DNA of 38,494 bases, taken from Candidatus Bipolaricaulia bacterium (GTDB lineage: Bacteria; Bipolaricaulota; Bipolaricaulia; JBHIAT01). How positions within the stretch are numbered: position 1 is the stretch's first letter; every line of letters starts with the position of its first letter. The translations under genes and the position numbers were made by a program. The stretch is from contig JBHIAT010000011.1 of assembly GCA_046758705.1 (NCBI GenBank), positions 1 through 38,494 of the forward strand, read 5' to 3'. This document shows, in pieces, positions 35,872 to 38,494 of the stretch. The notes beneath the pieces were generated by a model. That model made no database searches. It was not told the origin of the DNA and was given only the letters and a program-made list of their open reading frames with translations.

Positions 35872-37104
35872 ATGGGGCTCGCGGTCGGGTTGGACATCGG
35901 GACGACCAAGGTCGTCGCTTTGGTGGGGAACGTCGTCGATGAGGAGACGATCGAGATCATCGGCATGGGCAAGTACCCCTCCAAGGGTCTAAAGCGTGGT
36001 GTCGTTGTTGACATCGGTGAGACAGCTAACTCGGTGAGGCGAGCGATCGAAGAGGCCGAGAACATGGCCGATGTCAGGATCGATTCGGTCTACGTTGGCA
36101 TCGCTGGGGAACACATCGGTTCGATCAACAATAGCGGGACGGTCTCCATCAACCGGGATGACCGCACCATCCGGAGAGAGGACGTCAGGCGAGTTATCGA
36201 GACGGCCCGTGCCGTCCAGATCTCCCCGGCCAACGAGGTGATTCACGTCATCCCTCGGGAGTACACGGTCGACGGACAGACCGGGATCACCGATCCGGTT
36301 GGAATGACCGGGACCCGTCTTGAGGTGGATGTCCACATCGTGACCGGGGCGACGACCGCCGTCCACAATATTGTCAAGAGTGTCGAGATGGCGAACATCG
36401 GGATCGAGAAGATCGTGTTAGAGCCATTGGCCTCGAGCGAGGCGGTTCTGTCGTCCGCGGAGCGAGAGCTCGGTGTGGTCATGCTGGACATCGGCGGAGG
36501 GACGACCGACATCGCGATCTTCAGGAACGATGATATCTGGCACTCGTCCGTGATCCCCATCGCCGGTGAGCACCTCACCCGGGACATCACCGTCGGCCTT
36601 AAGACGCCGATCGAGGAGGCAGAACGGATCAAGCGGGAGGCGGGCAGCCCCAACGTGGAGGATATCGACAGCGAAGAGATCGTCGAGATCTCAACGATCG
36701 GTGGAGATGAGATACGTGCCATTCCGAGGCGCAAACTCGCCAAGGTGATCGAGCCACGGGTGGCGGAGATCTTTGACATGGCGATACAGGATGTCGAGGA
36801 TGCCGGTTATCGTGACCTGATCCCGGCGGGGATGGTGCTCACCGGGGGAACGTCGCTTCTCGAAGGCATCGCCGAGTTCGTCCGACGCCGCTACGATATC
36901 TCAGTGCGATGTAGTAAGACCCCCCAGGGGATTCACGGGCTGCGTGATATTGTGGAGAGCCCGATCTTTGCCACCGGGGTGGGGTTGCTTAAATTCGCGG
37001 CCAAGGAGCAAGATCGCTACACACTTCGGGTGGACCAGCGCCGGAACCGATCCGAGCGACCGATCATCTCCAGAATATTCACTTGGTTGAAGCGGTTCTT
37101 CTAG
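35872..37104 (+). CDS. ftsA: cell division protein FtsA
   Basis: GLDIGTTKV, P.GM.G.RLEV.VHIVT, LDIGGGTTD, VLTGG and a C-terminal amphipathic helix. Confidence 0.97.
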   Translation: MGLAVGLDIGTTKVVALVGNVVDEETIEIIGMGKYPSKGLKRGVVVDIGETANSVRRAIEEAENMADVRIDSVYVGIAGEHIGSINNSGTVSINRDDRTIRREDVRRVIETARAVQISPANEVIHVIPREYTVDGQTGITDPVGMTGTRLEVDVHIVTGATTAVHNIVKSVEMANIGIEKIVLEPLASSEAVLSSAERELGVVMLDIGGGTTDIAIFRNDDIWHSSVIPIAGEHLTRDITVGLKTPIEEAERIKREAGSPNVEDIDSEEIVEISTIGGDEIRAIPRRKLAKVIEPRVAEIFDMAIQDVEDAGYRDLIPAGMVLTGGTSLLEGIAEFVRRRYDISVRCSKTPQGIHGLRDIVESPIFATGVGLLKFAAKEQDRYTLRVDQRRNRSERPIISRIFTWLKRFF

Positions 37105-37139
37105 CCAGTGCCGGTGCATGAGGTGATAGGAGGAGGAGT

Positions 37140-38225
37140 ATGGAGGAGAACAACGGTGCCAAGATTAAAGTGATCGGGATCGGAGGCGGGGGGGGCAATG
37201 CCGTCTCCAGGATGGCAGAGGTGAACCTTCAGGGGGTGCAGCTGGCCGCTATCAACACCGACGCCCAAGTGCTCAGGATATCCAAAGCTCAGACGACGCT
37301 GCAGATCGGGGAGAAGCTGACCGGCGGGCTGGGCGCGGGTGGGGACCCAGAGATCGGTCTCAAAGCGGCGGAGGAATCGAGGGAAGAGATCGCGATGCTG
37401 CTTGACGGCCTGGATATGGTGTTCATCACCGCGGGCATGGGCGGCGGCACCGGGACCGGAGGCGCCCCGGTGGTTGCCAAGATCGCCAAGGAAGCCGGCA
37501 TCCTGACCACCGCTATCGTGACCCGACCGTTCACCTTCGAGGGGCGGACCCGGGCCGAACGGGCGGATGAGGGGATCCGACGGTTGAAGGAAAACGTCGA
37601 TACCCTGATCACCATCTCCAACGACCGACTCCTCGATATCTCCCCCACTGACATCCCCCTCACCAAAGCGTTTGAGACTGTCGATGATGTCCTGCGCCAG
37701 GGAGTTCAAGGGATCTCCGATCTGATCACTATCCCTGGGATGATCAACCTCGATTTCGCCGATGTGCGAAGCATCATGAAGGACGCCGGCACGGCGATGA
37801 TGGGGATCGGTGCCGGGGAGGGCGAGGATAAGGCGAAACAAGCCGCCCAAAACGCGATCTCTAGCCCGCTCCTCGAGGGTTCGATCCGAGGAGCCAAACG
37901 GGTGATCATGAACGTCACCGGTGGGATCGAACTCAGCCTCCACGAGGTGACCGAGGCTGCCTCCCTGATCCATGAAGCCGTCTCCGACGACGCGGATATC
38001 ATCTTCGGGGTGGTCATTCAGGACGACCTCGGTACACAGACGAGGATGACGGTGATCGCCACCGGGTTCGTCGACGGCTTCGAGGAGGAATCGGAGGAGG
38101 CCGTCGACGAAGAGGCGATCCTGGCACGGTTGAGGCGCGGCGCGGTGGATAATGACCTCGATATCCCGGCGTTCCTGCGCAAGGGCGAACCAGAGACCAT
38201 CCCGGGGCGGCGGGACCGGGGTTGA
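37140..38225 (+). CDS. ftsZ: cell division protein FtsZ
   Basis: [38 protein letters not shown] and the C-terminal peptide [10 protein letters not shown]. Confidence 0.98.
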   Translation: MEENNGAKIKVIGIGGGGGNAVSRMAEVNLQGVQLAAINTDAQVLRISKAQTTLQIGEKLTGGLGAGGDPEIGLKAAEESREEIAMLLDGLDMVFITAGMGGGTGTGGAPVVAKIAKEAGILTTAIVTRPFTFEGRTRAERADEGIRRLKENVDTLITISNDRLLDISPTDIPLTKAFETVDDVLRQGVQGISDLITIPGMINLDFADVRSIMKDAGTAMMGIGAGEGEDKAKQAAQNAISSPLLEGSIRGAKRVIMNVTGGIELSLHEVTEAASLIHEAVSDDADIIFGVVIQDDLGTQTRMTVIATGFVDGFEEESEEAVDEEAILARLRRGAVDNDLDIPAFLRKGEPETIPGRRDRG

Positions 38226-38342
38226 AGGTTGAACCAACCGACGGTCTCAAAGTTTGCACCACGGGGTATAATGAAAGAGGTGTTCAGAGGCTCAGAGGTA
38301 AGGTAAAAAGTCAAACAATCTTAAGTTAAGCAAAAATTAAAG

Positions 38343-38494
38343 ATGATCAACAACGTTGAAGAGATCCTGACCCAGGCGTACCAGCGCGGAGCTTCCGATA
38401 TCCACATGACCGTCGGAAGACCGCCGACCTACCGTATCAACGGCAAGCTGGTCCCATGGCGTGAGGGCGGCGCCGATGAGAAGCTCTCGCCCGC
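38343..38494 (+). CDS. pilT: type IV pilus retraction ATPase PilT/PilU, 5' part (runs off the window)
   Basis: Manual translation MINNVEEILTQAYQRGASDIHMTVGRPPTYRINGKL matches the ASD.H...G.PP..R..G.L N-terminal motif. A TATAAT box lies at 38267-38272 upstream. Confidence 0.8.
   Translation, partial: MINNVEEILTQAYQRGASDIHMTVGRPPTYRINGKLVPWREGGADEKLSP

Noticed and set aside
38220..38240. Terminator after ftsZ (GGTT...AACC)
   Set aside because: The stem is short and weak with no U tract.

Overview
The window is mostly GC-rich core chromosome of a diderm bacterium. A deep-branching Terrabacteria-type lineage such as Bipolaricaulota/Fraserbacteria is my inference, not something the sequence shows. 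Left to right: (1) the tail of a lower-GC cassette with an ABC-2-like permease and an ABC exporter. (2) A minus-strand operon: degraded HAD hydrolase, large M23 peptidase, threonine aldolase, and a Cys-containing PrdB/GrdB-family protein. (3) Sigma-70 factor, tatA, rsmD, M28 peptidase and CehA/McbA hydrolase. (4) A ~3 kb lower-GC decayed defence islet: DUF499 ATPase pseudogene, HepT/DUF86 scrap, intact toxin + DUF2283 pair, and a DMT transporter. (5) A Gfo/Idh/MocA oxidoreductase. (6) MoxR-DUF58-transglutaminase, divergent from a CsgG-like lipoprotein with six Ig-like repeats. (7) An outer-membrane cluster bamA-skp(extended)-fabZ-lpxD-gnnA-like-lpxA running directly into a truncated dcw cluster murD-ftsW-murG-murC-murB-ftsQ-ftsA-ftsZ. 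(8) The 5' end of pilT. I saw no RNA genes, CRISPR arrays or intact transposases. All family calls come from motif recognition by eye; no searches were run.
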